From positions 1 to 37,279 of the forward strand of contig JBKJLC010000010.1 of NCBI GenBank assembly GCA_046597055.1: a stretch of DNA of 37,279 bases. The letters are read 5' to 3'. Below the pieces are notes generated by a model, which made no database searches, was not told the origin of the DNA, and saw only the letters and a list, made by a program, of their open reading frames with translations. A program made the translations under genes and the position numbers. This document shows, in pieces, positions 22,930-34,924 of this stretch; within the stretch, counting starts at the first letter, position 1, and each line of letters starts with the position of its first letter. Origin of the DNA: Kofleriaceae bacterium (lineage in GTDB: Bacteria > Myxococcota_A > Polyangia > Haliangiales > Haliangiaceae).

Positions 22930-23105
22930 ATGCGCTACGTCCTCCTCGATCGCATCACCGTGCTCGAGCCGCTCGAGGTGGCGCGCGGCCTCGAGTGCGT
23001 CTCGCTCGCCGAGGACATCTTCGTCGATCACTTCCCGGGCAACCCGGTGATGCCGGGCGCGCTCATCTGCGAGTCGATGGCGCAGCTGGCCGGCGTCCTG
23101 TGCTA
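22930..23105 (+). pseudogene. N-terminal half of FabZ/FabA-like 3-hydroxyacyl-ACP dehydratase
   Basis: MRYVLLDRI...DHFPGNPVMPGALICESMAQLAGVL carries the catalytic HFP motif and the EAMAQ-like motif. Similarity ends at about 23100, although the frame stays open into the SDR. Confidence 0.75.
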
Positions 23106-23226
23106 CGGCCGCCGACGGCGACCCTCGTCCCAGTGCCGGCCCCGATCGCCCCGCGACCGCGATGCTCGCGCTCGCGCTCGCCTCTGCCGCGCCTGGCCTC
23201 GCCAGCGCCGTCCACGTGGAGCTGCC

Positions 23227-24027
23227 ATGACCCTCGATGATCCCACTCTCGACGCCGCCGCCGTTCATCCGCCCGCGGCCGAGCGCCCCGGCCCGCTGGT
23301 CGCCCTGGTCACCGGCGGCTCGCGCGGCATCGGCCGCGCCACCGCCCTCGAGCTGGCCCGGCGCGGGTTCGCGATCGCGGTCGTGTTCCGCGCCGCCGAC
23401 GCCGCGGCCGAGGACACCATCGCCGCGATCACCGCGCTGGGCCGGCCCGCGATCGCGATCCGCGCCGACGTCGCCCACGCCGCCCAGGTCGCCGAGGCCT
23501 TCGACACCGCGGTCGCGCTGCTCGGCCCGATCGACGTGGTGGTCGCCGGCGCCGGTATCACCCGCGACAGCCTGCTCGGCGCCGCCGAGCCCGACGGCTT
23601 CGCCGACGTGCTCGCCACCAACCTCATGGGCACCGTCCACGCCTGTCGCGAGGCCGCGCGCCGCATGATCCCGCGCCGGCGCGGCGCGATCGTGACGCTG
23701 TCGTCGCTCGCCGCCCAGCGTCCGGGACGCGGACAGTCCAACTATGCCGCGTCCAAGGGCGGGATCGAGGCGTTCACCCGCGCGCTCGCGGTCGAGCTCG
23801 CGCCCCGCAACATCCGGGTCAACGCGGTCGCGCCCGGCGTGATCGCCACCGACATGACCGCCGACCTGATCGCGCGCGCGTCCGACGAGCTGCACCGCCG
23901 CATCCTGCTGCGCCGCCCGGGCCGCCCCGAAGAGGTCGCCCGCGTGATCGGGTTCCTCGCCTCGGACGACGCCTCGTACGTGACCGGCCAGGTCTGGAAC
24001 GTCGACGGCGGCTTCAAGCTCGACTGA
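23227..24027 (+). CDS. FabG-like 3-oxoacyl-ACP reductase (SDR family)
   Basis: VALVTGGSRGIG, AGAGITRD (NNAG variant), GQSNYAASK, VNAVAPG, YVTGQVWNVDGG. Confidence 0.9.
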   Translation: MTLDDPTLDAAAVHPPAAERPGPLVALVTGGSRGIGRATALELARRGFAIAVVFRAADAAAEDTIAAITALGRPAIAIRADVAHAAQVAEAFDTAVALLGPIDVVVAGAGITRDSLLGAAEPDGFADVLATNLMGTVHACREAARRMIPRRRGAIVTLSSLAAQRPGRGQSNYAASKGGIEAFTRALAVELAPRNIRVNAVAPGVIATDMTADLIARASDELHRRILLRRPGRPEEVARVIGFLASDDASYVTGQVWNVDGGFKLD

Positions 24028-24179
24028 GGAGGACGCGATGGACGGCCCCGCGTAGCTTGCCTGGCTGCGCACCCGGCCACCACGCCGACGACTTCGGCGA
24101 CCACGAGCTCGAACGCCGCGTGCGAAAACCTCGAACGCGGCGAGGTAGGAGCACCGGCCAGCGCGCGTAAGCTCACGCG

Positions 24180-24854
24180 GTGTCGTCCTATCGTCCGATG
24201 CCGCTGCGCTTCGTGCGGAGCCCGCCCACCGAGATGCTCGCCCGTGCGCGCGACTACGCCGATGCGATGCAGCGCCGACGGACGGTTCGCGATTTCTCCT
24301 CCGAGCCGATTCCCGATGACGTCGTGGTGGAGGCGATCCGCGCGGCGGCGAGCGCTCCTTCCGGCGCGCATCAGCAGCCGTGGACGTTCGTGGTCGTCGC
24401 CGATCGCGAGGTCAAGGCCCGGATCCGCGAGGCCGCGGAGCGCGAGGAGCAGGCGAGCTGGGAGGGGCGCATGCCGGAGGAGTGGCTGGCCGCGCTCGAG
24501 CCGCTCGGGCTCGACTGGCACAAGCCTCATCTCACCGAGGCGCCGATCCTGATCGTCGTGTTCGCGCAGGCCTGGGGCGTCGCCGACGGGCCCGGCGGGC
24601 CTCGCCGCGTGAAGCACTACTACGTCGACGAATCGGTCGGGATCGCGGTCGGGCTGCTGTTGTCCGCGTTGCATCTCGCGGGCCTCGCGACGCTGACCCA
24701 TACCCCGAGCCCGATGGGCTTCCTGCGGGCCGTGCTCGGTCGCCCCGCCAACGAACGGCCCTATGTGGTGATCCCGGTCGGCTATCCCGCGCGCAACGCG
24801 GTCGTGCCGGAGCTGAAGCGCAAGTCGATCGACGACGTGCTCGTTCGCCGCTGA
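24180..24854 (+). CDS. Nitroreductase-fold flavoprotein, iodotyrosine deiodinase (IYD)-like
   Basis: RRTVRDFS, APSGAHQQPWTFVVV, K.RIREAAEREE, WLAALEPLGLDWHKPHL, HYYVDESVGIA, LTHTPSPM, VGYP...VPELKRK. Confidence 0.85.
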   Translation: MSSYRPMPLRFVRSPPTEMLARARDYADAMQRRRTVRDFSSEPIPDDVVVEAIRAAASAPSGAHQQPWTFVVVADREVKARIREAAEREEQASWEGRMPEEWLAALEPLGLDWHKPHLTEAPILIVVFAQAWGVADGPGGPRRVKHYYVDESVGIAVGLLLSALHLAGLATLTHTPSPMGFLRAVLGRPANERPYVVIPVGYPARNAVVPELKRKSIDDVLVRR

Positions 24855-24892
24855 TCGACCGGTCGACCGACCTCGGCGCGAGCGCGGGAGCG

Positions 24893-25357
24893 CTACAGCG
24901 CCCGGCTCATCGTCCGCTTGGTCGTGAGGTAGCCGAGGGTCTCGTACAGCGCGATCGCCCGCGGGTTGTGCTGGTAGACGTTGAGCGTCATGCGCGTGGC
25001 GCCGCGCGCGCGGGCATCGGCCTCGGCCAGCTCGATCGCCCGGCGGCCGTGGCCCTGGCCGCGCTCGCTGGCGACGATGTGTACCTCGTCGAGGAAGGCA
25101 CCGCCGCCGGCGTCGCGCGCGTACCACAGGCTGCCGACCGGCCGGTCGCCGGCCATGATCGTGAACAGATGATGGCCGGGGGTGTCCACGCCCCGCGGCA
25201 GATCGGCGTCGGTCCGGGTCCCTGCGTCGTCGAGCGCCTGGGCGTCGTCGAGGTCCTCGACGTTCGCCAGGTCGGCCGCCCACGCGCGGATGAACGCCGC
25301 GCGGAACCCCACGAACTCACCCGCGGTCATCGGCCGCAGCGCGATGGGATCGCTCAT
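24893..25357 (-). CDS. GNAT family N-acetyltransferase
   Basis: LRPMT, VGSLWY, acetyl-CoA motif ERGQGHG, LNVYQHNPRAIALYETLGY. Confidence 0.88.
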   Translation of the reverse strand: MSDPIALRPMTAGEFVGFRAAFIRAWAADLANVEDLDDAQALDDAGTRTDADLPRGVDTPGHHLFTIMAGDRPVGSLWYARDAGGGAFLDEVHIVASERGQGHGRRAIELAEADARARGATRMTLNVYQHNPRAIALYETLGYLTTKRTMSRAL

Positions 25358-25533
25358 GCGCGGACACCGGCGCGGCCGCGGCCGAGTTGCAAGCGCGGCA
25401 CTTGCGGCCTCGGCGCGAACCGGGCATCACCGGCGCGCACGACCTCGGCCGGCACGCTGCGCAGGCAGACCGCGCCCAGGCTGGTGGGGCGCCGGTAGAC
25501 GTGCTCGCTCGGGAGCGCGGTCTCGACGGTCAT
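25354..25533 (-). CDS. Hypothetical 59-aa ORF or gene remnant (MTVETALPSEHVYRRPTSLGAVCLRSVPAEVV...)
   Basis: Not in the track. GGAGG upstream of the ATG, GC3-biased first half, and its TGA overlaps the GNAT ATG (ATGA). Confidence 0.4.
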   Translation of the reverse strand: MTVETALPSEHVYRRPTSLGAVCLRSVPAEVVRAGDARFAPRPQVPRLQLGRGRAGVRA

Positions 25534-25738
25534 GGCGTGGCCCTCCGGACCCGGTCCCAGCGGCGGAGCGCCAGTCTGCCACGAGGACGGACCCCAGGCA
25601 GAGCCGCGACGCCACGATCCAGAACGCGATCAGGCCGAGCGGTCCGGTCGGCAGCGCCGGCGAACGGCAGCCATATGGCGTAGGTTCCCACCGCGGTGGG
25701 CCACCTCGGCGACGGCGGCGGCGGCGTATGCTCGCCCG

Positions 25739-26764
25739 GTGGCGCGCCCCGACGATCCGGCTGACCGCGCGTGTCGTCCTGGCTGGCCACGGGTCGCCGT
25801 CCCGGTCGTGCTGCTCGCGCTGGCCGGCTGCGGCGACAACCTCGCGCCGGTCGCGGTCGATGCCGCGCCCCGCGCCTACCCGCCGTGGACGATGGTCGTC
25901 CTCCCCGACACCCAGGGCTACACGTACCTCTACCCGGACGTCTGGTACGCGCAGACCCGGTGGATCGCCGATCACGCCGTCGAGCACGGCGTCCGCTTGA
26001 TCGTGCACGTCGGCGACGTGACCGAGTGGAACACGCCGGCCGAGTGGGTGGCCGCGCGCCGCGGCCTCGATGACCTCGATGGGGTCGCGCCGCTGGTGCT
26101 GGTGCCCGGCAACCACGACTACGACGTCACGCAGCCGCGAGCGTCGCGCCTGACCGAGACCTGGCCGGTCGCCGCGCTGCAGGCCCAGCCCAGCTTCGGC
26201 GGCCTGTTCGAGGCCGAGCGCACCGACAACAGCTACCAAATGCTCTCGATCGACGAAGCGCCGTGGCTGGTGCTGGGGCTCGAGTGGGGCCCGCGCGACG
26301 CGGTGCTCGACTGGGCGGCCGGCGTGCTCGATGCCCACCCCGACCACCACGTCGTGATCGTCACCCACGCCTATCTGTACTCGGACGACCGGCGCTACCA
26401 CTGGGCGCGCCACGGCCGCGCGCAGCTGTACAACCCGCACAGCTACGTCGGTACCGCCTGGCCCGAGGTCAACGACGGCGAGGAGATCTGGCAGCGCCTG
26501 ATCGCCGGGCGCGACCACGTCGACGTGGTCGTGAGTGGCCATGTCCCCGACGAGGGCGTGGGGCGACTGACCAGCGCGGCGGCCGGCGGGCACCCGGTGC
26601 ACCAGCTGCTCGCCAACTTCCAGTCGGGGCCGATGGGCGGCAACGGCTACCTCCGGCTGATGACGTTCCATGCCGATCGCATCGACGTCCGGACCTACTC
26701 GCCGTACCTCGATCGGTTCGAGACCACGCCCGCGCACGAGTTCACGCTGCCGTGGTCGCCGTGA
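25739..26764 (+). CDS. Calcineurin-like metallophosphoesterase lipoprotein; start uncertain
   Basis: Lipobox LALAGC followed by GDN; metal motifs LPDTQ, HVGDV, PGNHDY, VTHAY, SGH. In-frame GTG at 25739 chosen over the track start at 25532. Confidence 0.85.
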   Translation: MARPDDPADRACRPGWPRVAVPVVLLALAGCGDNLAPVAVDAAPRAYPPWTMVVLPDTQGYTYLYPDVWYAQTRWIADHAVEHGVRLIVHVGDVTEWNTPAEWVAARRGLDDLDGVAPLVLVPGNHDYDVTQPRASRLTETWPVAALQAQPSFGGLFEAERTDNSYQMLSIDEAPWLVLGLEWGPRDAVLDWAAGVLDAHPDHHVVIVTHAYLYSDDRRYHWARHGRAQLYNPHSYVGTAWPEVNDGEEIWQRLIAGRDHVDVVVSGHVPDEGVGRLTSAAAGGHPVHQLLANFQSGPMGGNGYLRLMTFHADRIDVRTYSPYLDRFETTPAHEFTLPWSP

Positions 26765-26932
26765 GCGCGCCCGCCCACGTAGGATGACCCGGCCGGTCGG
26801 CCACCGTCGCGCCCGGTCCGGCCGCGTCGCCGGTCTCGACCGGGCGAGAGGGTGCTGGGCCTACATCGCCTCCTCGATCGGCGCGCCCGCCTGTCACAAC
26901 TCGCGACCCGCCGTCTCAGGCATCATGTGGCA

Positions 26933-28057
26933 ATGAACACGCCGGTCGTCACCCTGCACCTCGGTGGGTCGCATGTCGGCCTCGACCCCTACAACAACCG
27001 CGTGTTCGTCGGGCGCGACCCGACCGCGTCGCAGCTGGCGTATCTCGAGCCTGGCTTGTCGCGCCGCCACGCCGAGGTGTGGCTGACCGGCGCCAACCAG
27101 GTGTTCATCCGTGATCTCGGCTCTGCCAACGGGACCTGGGTCAACGGCCAGCGGGTCGGCGCGAGCCCGATCGGGCTGACCCCGGGCATGCAGGTCCACC
27201 TGGGGTCGGTGCCGCTCGCGGTGGCCTGGACCGGTGGCGGCGCGATCGCCGCGGTGGCCGCGCCGGCGGCGCTGGTCCAGCAGGTCGCGCAGCAGCAGGC
27301 CGCGATGCAGCAGGCGATGCAGGCGCCACCCGCGCCGCGGGTCGCCAGCCAGCCGCTGCCCAAGGAGTTCTCCTACCGGCGCCAGGACAAGAACGGCAAC
27401 GGCGTGGTGCTGCTCGCGCTGCGCCAGGACACCACCTGGGCCGGCGCGCCGCTAGCCGGCTTCGTCGAGTTCACCGCGCTCGACAACGAGAACGTCGCCT
27501 CGATCACCGTCGAGCTGATCGAGCGCCACGACGACGGGCCCCGCGCCGGCCACGTCTGGGATCGGGTGCTGGTCCGGCAGGGGCCGTGGCGCGCGCAGCA
27601 TAACGACGTGCTGCCGCTGCCGTTCGAGCTCGACGTACCCAACGGCGTCGCGCCGTCGGGCCGCGAGTGCCACTGGTCGTTGCACGCGGTGGTCGACATC
27701 AACTGGGCGTCCGACGTCGACATCGAGCTGCCGATCACGGTGCGCAACCACGACCTCGAGCGGATCCGCGACGCGATGGGCACGCTCGACTATCGCTTCG
27801 ACGAGTGGGCGTCGCGCCCGCACGCCCAGCGCTTCGACGCCGAGTTCCAGCCGCCGGGCCAGCACCGCAACCGCATCAACGCGGTCAAGATGGGCGTCGA
27901 GTACCTCGGCGCCACCGTCAAGCTCGCGATCGACATCGACAAGAAGGGCTTCGACCGCGAGGGCGCGGTCACGCTCGACCTGGTGCAGTTCCGCGACGTC
28001 GGTCCCGAGGTGCTGGCCGCCAGCCTCGAGCAGATCATCAGCGACGCGATGAAGTGA
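26933..28057 (+). CDS. FHA domain protein fused to Spo0M-like (arrestin-fold) domain
   Basis: [28 protein letters not shown]-rich linker. C-terminal LPFELDVP..., VDINWASD...LPITV...[13 protein letters not shown]...EFQPP.QHRNRIN...IDIDKKG resembles Spo0M. Confidence 0.75.
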   Translation: MNTPVVTLHLGGSHVGLDPYNNRVFVGRDPTASQLAYLEPGLSRRHAEVWLTGANQVFIRDLGSANGTWVNGQRVGASPIGLTPGMQVHLGSVPLAVAWTGGGAIAAVAAPAALVQQVAQQQAAMQQAMQAPPAPRVASQPLPKEFSYRRQDKNGNGVVLLALRQDTTWAGAPLAGFVEFTALDNENVASITVELIERHDDGPRAGHVWDRVLVRQGPWRAQHNDVLPLPFELDVPNGVAPSGRECHWSLHAVVDINWASDVDIELPITVRNHDLERIRDAMGTLDYRFDEWASRPHAQRFDAEFQPPGQHRNRINAVKMGVEYLGATVKLAIDIDKKGFDREGAVTLDLVQFRDVGPEVLAASLEQIISDAMK

Positions 28058-28069
28058 TCGCGGCCGTGG

Positions 28070-29230
28070 TCACAGCAGCGCGCCCTGCGTGATCCACGCG
28101 AGCAGCACCAGGTAGTCGGGGTCGTTGACGTCGAGGAAGGTCGCGTTGGGGTGGTTCTGCAGCGCCGGCGGCAGCTCGTAGAGCGGCTTGGTCAGCAGCA
28201 GCGACAGGGCCGGCGTCGCCAGGTTCACGACGCCGGTCCGCAGCTTGACCGCGCTGTAGGCGTCGGCCACCGGCAGGTCGAACTGCAGGAGCGCGGCGAT
28301 GCCGCCGGCGGTGTGGCAGTTGGCGCAGCCGAGGCCGCCCAGCGCCGCCTTCTGCAGCCGCGGGTAGACGTCGGTCGTGAAGGTGCGCGCGCCGGTGGGC
28401 GGCGGGTCGATCACCGCCATGCCGCCGGTGGTGCCCAGCGTGGCACCGTCGATGATCGCGACCACCGGCACGTCGACCGTGGTGCGGATGCCGCCACCGC
28501 CGCCGCCGCCGCCGCCACCGCCACCACCGCCCTGCAGGTAGGTGACCTTCAGCGTGTACGTGCCCGGCGGGACATCGAGGAACCCGACCCGGGCCCGGCC
28601 GTTGAACGCGGTCGAGATCGCGAGCGTCGCGTTGGCGACCAGGTCGCCGGTCTGGCCGAAGAAGAACGGACCCTTGCCGACCGGCGCGAGCTGCGCGTCG
28701 ACCAGCTTGATGTCGGCGATCGGCACGCCCTCGAGCGGGGTGCCGTTGTTGCGCTGGAGCTCGGCGAACAGCGTGGCCCGGCCCGCGACCGGGGTCAGGC
28801 CGAGCGACGTGTACTGCCGGCGGGCGTCGGCGACCGACACCAGCTGGAGGTCGGCCGTGACCGCGGCGTCGGCGACCCGCACCGCCGTGTTGCGGGTCGA
28901 CCGGTAGCTGGTCCGCTCGGCGGACACGTAGAACACGCTGCCGGGCGGGATATCGAGCGCGTACGCGCCGGTCGCGTCGGTGGCGTCGGACTGCTCGGGC
29001 GCCACGCCCTCGGTCCGCACCTGGACGGTCGCCAGCGGCGTGCCGGTGAAGTAGTCGACCGCCTTGCCGCTGACCTGGTAGGTGAGGACCGGGTCCGGCG
29101 TCGACGGGGCCGCGTCGGGGCTGACGTCGGGATCGACGTCGTCGTCCCCGCCGGTGGCGGGCAGGACGCCGACGCAGCCGGTCGTCGCGAGGGCCAGGAG
29201 CAGGGCAGGGAAAGCGCGGGTTGACAGCAT
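28070..29230 (-). CDS. Lipoprotein with carboxypeptidase-regulatory-like beta domains, Gly14 linker and C-terminal monoheme cytochrome c-like domain
   Basis: Lipobox [20 protein letters not shown] / [17 protein letters not shown]...GCANCH...SLLLTKP...H...WI.QGA. GGAGG RBS upstream. Confidence 0.8.
   Translation of the reverse strand: MLSTRAFPALLLALATTGCVGVLPATGGDDDVDPDVSPDAAPSTPDPVLTYQVSGKAVDYFTGTPLATVQVRTEGVAPEQSDATDATGAYALDIPPGSVFYVSAERTSYRSTRNTAVRVADAAVTADLQLVSVADARRQYTSLGLTPVAGRATLFAELQRNNGTPLEGVPIADIKLVDAQLAPVGKGPFFFGQTGDLVANATLAISTAFNGRARVGFLDVPPGTYTLKVTYLQGGGGGGGGGGGGGGIRTTVDVPVVAIIDGATLGTTGGMAVIDPPPTGARTFTTDVYPRLQKAALGGLGCANCHTAGGIAALLQFDLPVADAYSAVKLRTGVVNLATPALSLLLTKPLYELPPALQNHPNATFLDVNDPDYLVLLAWITQGALL
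28490..28531 (-). repeat. In-frame GGC/GGT triplet tract encoding Gly14
   Basis: 42-nt (GCC/ACC)n tract on the + strand inside 28070..29230. Confidence 0.9.
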
Positions 29231-29267
29231 CTCGACCTCCGGGGATAGACCGGTCGAGCTGACCTAC

Positions 29268-29283
29268 ATCAAGGGTCGTGCCA
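29268..29283 (-). promoter_or_regulatory. Putative sigma54 promoter for the cytochrome c lipoprotein gene
   Basis: Minus strand TGGCACG-ACCC-TTGAT: perfect -24 box, with one mismatch in the -12 box (GA for GC). Confidence 0.55.
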
Positions 29284-29440
29284 TCGAGCTGGCCCTGCAG
29301 GGGTGCGAGATTGTTGCTGGAACCTCGAGGGTCCCGTGGGGCATCGACCCCCCAGCGCGAGATGTAGGTGCCCCGATCCGTGGGCAGCCCGGGCGCGATC
29401 CGTGCCGTGCGATCCGACGCGCGTGAAGGTCCTTGGGACC

Positions 29441-30981
<1,541 letters not shown>

Positions 30982-31047
30982 CCGAGCACCGCGTGGCGCG
31001 GGCGCGCCGCGGCGCGCGCGGGCCGCCGGGCGGAAAAGAACCCGTTT

Positions 31048-32594
<1,547 letters not shown>

Positions 32595-32598
<4 letters not shown>

Positions 32599-33299
32599 CC
32601 GGGCGCGCGGCGCTGGCGCTCGCGGTGGTCGCGGCAACCCTGGCGCCGGCGGCCGGCGCGCCGGTGACCACGGCGACCAAGGTCGCCGGGGCCTCGATCG
32701 ACTGGACCCGCGGCGTGGTCGTCGCCCGCGGGATCGGGCCGGCCGATCGCCACGCGCCGTCGCCGGCGGTGGCCCGGGTCGGCGCCCGCCGCGCCGCCGA
32801 GGATCAGGCCCGGGCCCGGCTGGCCCAGGTGGTGCGGACGCTGCCGGTCGCTGGCGGCGGGACCGTGGCCGAGGCCGCGGTCGGCGCGGCCCTGGCCCGG
32901 CTCGAGCGCGAGCTCGCGCGCGCGCCGGTCGCCGCGGTCGTGCTCGGCACCGATGGCTCGGCCCGGGTCGAGATCGCGCTCGGCCTCGAGGCGGTGCGGC
33001 AGGCGCTGGCCGGGCCCCGCCCGCTGGCCCCGGGCCGCGACCAGCCCGATGCGAGCACGCTGGTCGTCGACGCGCGCGCGACCCGGCTCGCGCCGGCGAT
33101 CGGGCTGAGCCTGCGCGCCGGTGGTGCCGGCTGGGACGGCGCGGTGATCTTCGTGCGTGGCGACGGCGACGTGCCGATCCGGCCGGGGCCGCGCGTGCGC
33201 GCCAAGGCGACCGCGGCGCGTGCCGGCACCGTCTCGATCGATGGCAGCGTGCCCGCGGCTGGCGCGCTGCTGGTGGTTCTGCTACCGGAGAAACCATGA
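32595..33299 (+). CDS. Hypothetical exported protein (LPP20-like N-terminal region)
   Basis: GTGA overlap with the guaA stop; signal peptide; [14 protein letters not shown]...ARRAA...ARARL pattern; GC3 bias. Confidence 0.7.
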
Positions 33300-34480
33300 C
33301 CCGCAGGCTCGTCGTCGTGATGGTCGGGCTGGTGGCGCTGGGCGGGCTCGCGGGCCCGGCGGTCGCCGAGGACGTCTTCACCTACGACGCGCGCGGGGCC
33401 GCCGAGGAGGCGGGCCCCGATGCGCGCACCCGCGCGCTCGACGCGGCGTTCGCGAGCGCCGTGACCGAGGCGGTCGCCGACCTGGCCGGCGCCGCGGCGC
33501 GGCCCAAGGCCGCCGAGATCGAGCGCGAGATCCTGCGCCGGGCTCGCCGCTTCGTCGCGTCGTTCCAGGTGAAGGGCCAGACCAGCGTCGGGGGCCGGCT
33601 CGAGCTCGAGGTCGCGGTCCGCGTCGATCGCGACAAGCTGCGCGCGCGCCTGACCGAGCTCGGCGTCGCGCTGCGGGCGGTCGAGGCGACCCGGCCCGAG
33701 CCCCCCGCGCCCGGTCGCAAGCGCGCGGCGCTGCTGCTGCGCGTGGTCGGCGCCGGTCCCACCACGGCGACCTTCGGCGCCGCGGCCTCGCTCGACACCC
33801 CCGGGCTGCACGGGATCGCCGAGGCGCTCGATCGGGTCGGCTTCGCGGTGGTGCCGCCGCCGGGCGCGGGTCCAGCGCCCGGGGACGACGGCGCGCTGCC
33901 GGTCGACGACGGCGGGGCCCGCGCGCTCGCCGGCGACGTCAAGGCGCAGATCGCGGTCGTGGTCGGCATCCGGGTCGGCGCGCTGGGCCCGGTGCGCGGC
34001 GCGCCGCTGACCGCGGCCCCGGCCGAGGCGCACCTGCGCGTGCTCGACGTCGCCACCGGCGCGGTGCTGGCCGAGGCGACGATCGCCTCGGGCGCGTGGG
34101 GTCGTGGCGAGCGGGTCCCGCTGGCGGCGGTCGAGGCCGCCGCCGCGGCGATCGCGGCCGCGGCCTGGCCGGTCGGCGCGGCCGCGCCGGTCCGCGGCGT
34201 CGGCGACGGACCGGTGCTGGCCGCCCGCAAGGGCGTCACCGTGCGCATCCGCGGCGCGCGGGCGTGGCCGGCAGCGGCGGCGCTCAAGGCCCACCTGGCC
34301 GGTGCGCCCGGGGTCGAGCGCGTCACCTACGCGGCGGTCGCGGCCGACCAGGTCGCGCTCGCGGTGGTCGGCCCGACCCCGGCGCGGGTCGCCGGCACCG
34401 TGCGCACCGCCGATGGCCTCGATGCCCGGGTCGCGGTCGACGGCGGCGCGGTCGAGGTCCTGCTGGGGAGCCCGCGATGA
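33296..34480 (+). CDS. Hypothetical exported protein (DUF2066/FlgT-N-like N-terminus)
   Basis: ATGA overlap with the previous gene; signal peptide; [12 protein letters not shown]...[11 protein letters not shown]...[12 protein letters not shown]. Confidence 0.72.
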   Translation: MTRRLVVVMVGLVALGGLAGPAVAEDVFTYDARGAAEEAGPDARTRALDAAFASAVTEAVADLAGAAARPKAAEIEREILRRARRFVASFQVKGQTSVGGRLELEVAVRVDRDKLRARLTELGVALRAVEATRPEPPAPGRKRAALLLRVVGAGPTTATFGAAASLDTPGLHGIAEALDRVGFAVVPPPGAGPAPGDDGALPVDDGGARALAGDVKAQIAVVVGIRVGALGPVRGAPLTAAPAEAHLRVLDVATGAVLAEATIASGAWGRGERVPLAAVEAAAAAIAAAAWPVGAAAPVRGVGDGPVLAARKGVTVRIRGARAWPAAAALKAHLAGAPGVERVTYAAVAADQVALAVVGPTPARVAGTVRTADGLDARVAVDGGAVEVLLGSPR

Positions 34481-34806
34481 GCCGGGCCGGCAGGTGCGCC
34501 ACGGTCGCGGCGATCGCGGCGCTGCTCGCCGGTGGCTGCCCGCGCACCACGGGCACCGGAGGCCAGGGCGCCGACGGCAACGACGCGGTGGTCAAGGTCC
34601 GCACCCCCGTCGCCGACGCGGCGCTGTGGTTCGATGGCCGCTTCGTCGGTCCGGCCGGCGGCCTTCGCGGGGGCATCGCGGTCGAGCCCGGCAAGCACCG
34701 CCTCGAGCTGCGTCACGACGACTATTTCAGTCACTACCAGGACCTCGAGCTCGCGCCCCGCCAGCGGCTGACGCTCGACATCGAGCTGGCGCCGGTCCTG
34801 CCGTAG
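34477..34806 (+). CDS. PEGA-domain lipoprotein
   Basis: ATG at 34477 overlaps the previous stop; lipobox LAGGC; VADAALWFDGRFVG...VEPGKHRLELRHDDY. Confidence 0.8.
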   Translation: MSRAGRCATVAAIAALLAGGCPRTTGTGGQGADGNDAVVKVRTPVADAALWFDGRFVGPAGGLRGGIAVEPGKHRLELRHDDYFSHYQDLELAPRQRLTLDIELAPVLP

Positions 34807-34924
34807 CCGCGCCGTGGCCGGCGCGCGCGCCGACCGCGCGAATGGCGTTCGCCCGTCGATGCCTGCCATCGCCGTCGAGCGCGGTTCGCGCGAGCGGGCC
34901 CGGCCCGCCGTGTAGTATCCGCGG

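Noticed and set aside
29262..29369. 9-bp inverted repeat ACCTACATC/GATGTAGGT and a possible purine riboswitch upstream of guaB
   Set aside because: Arms are about 90 nt apart and upstream of the predicted promoter; no purine riboswitch core is recognisable and the predicted leader is too short.
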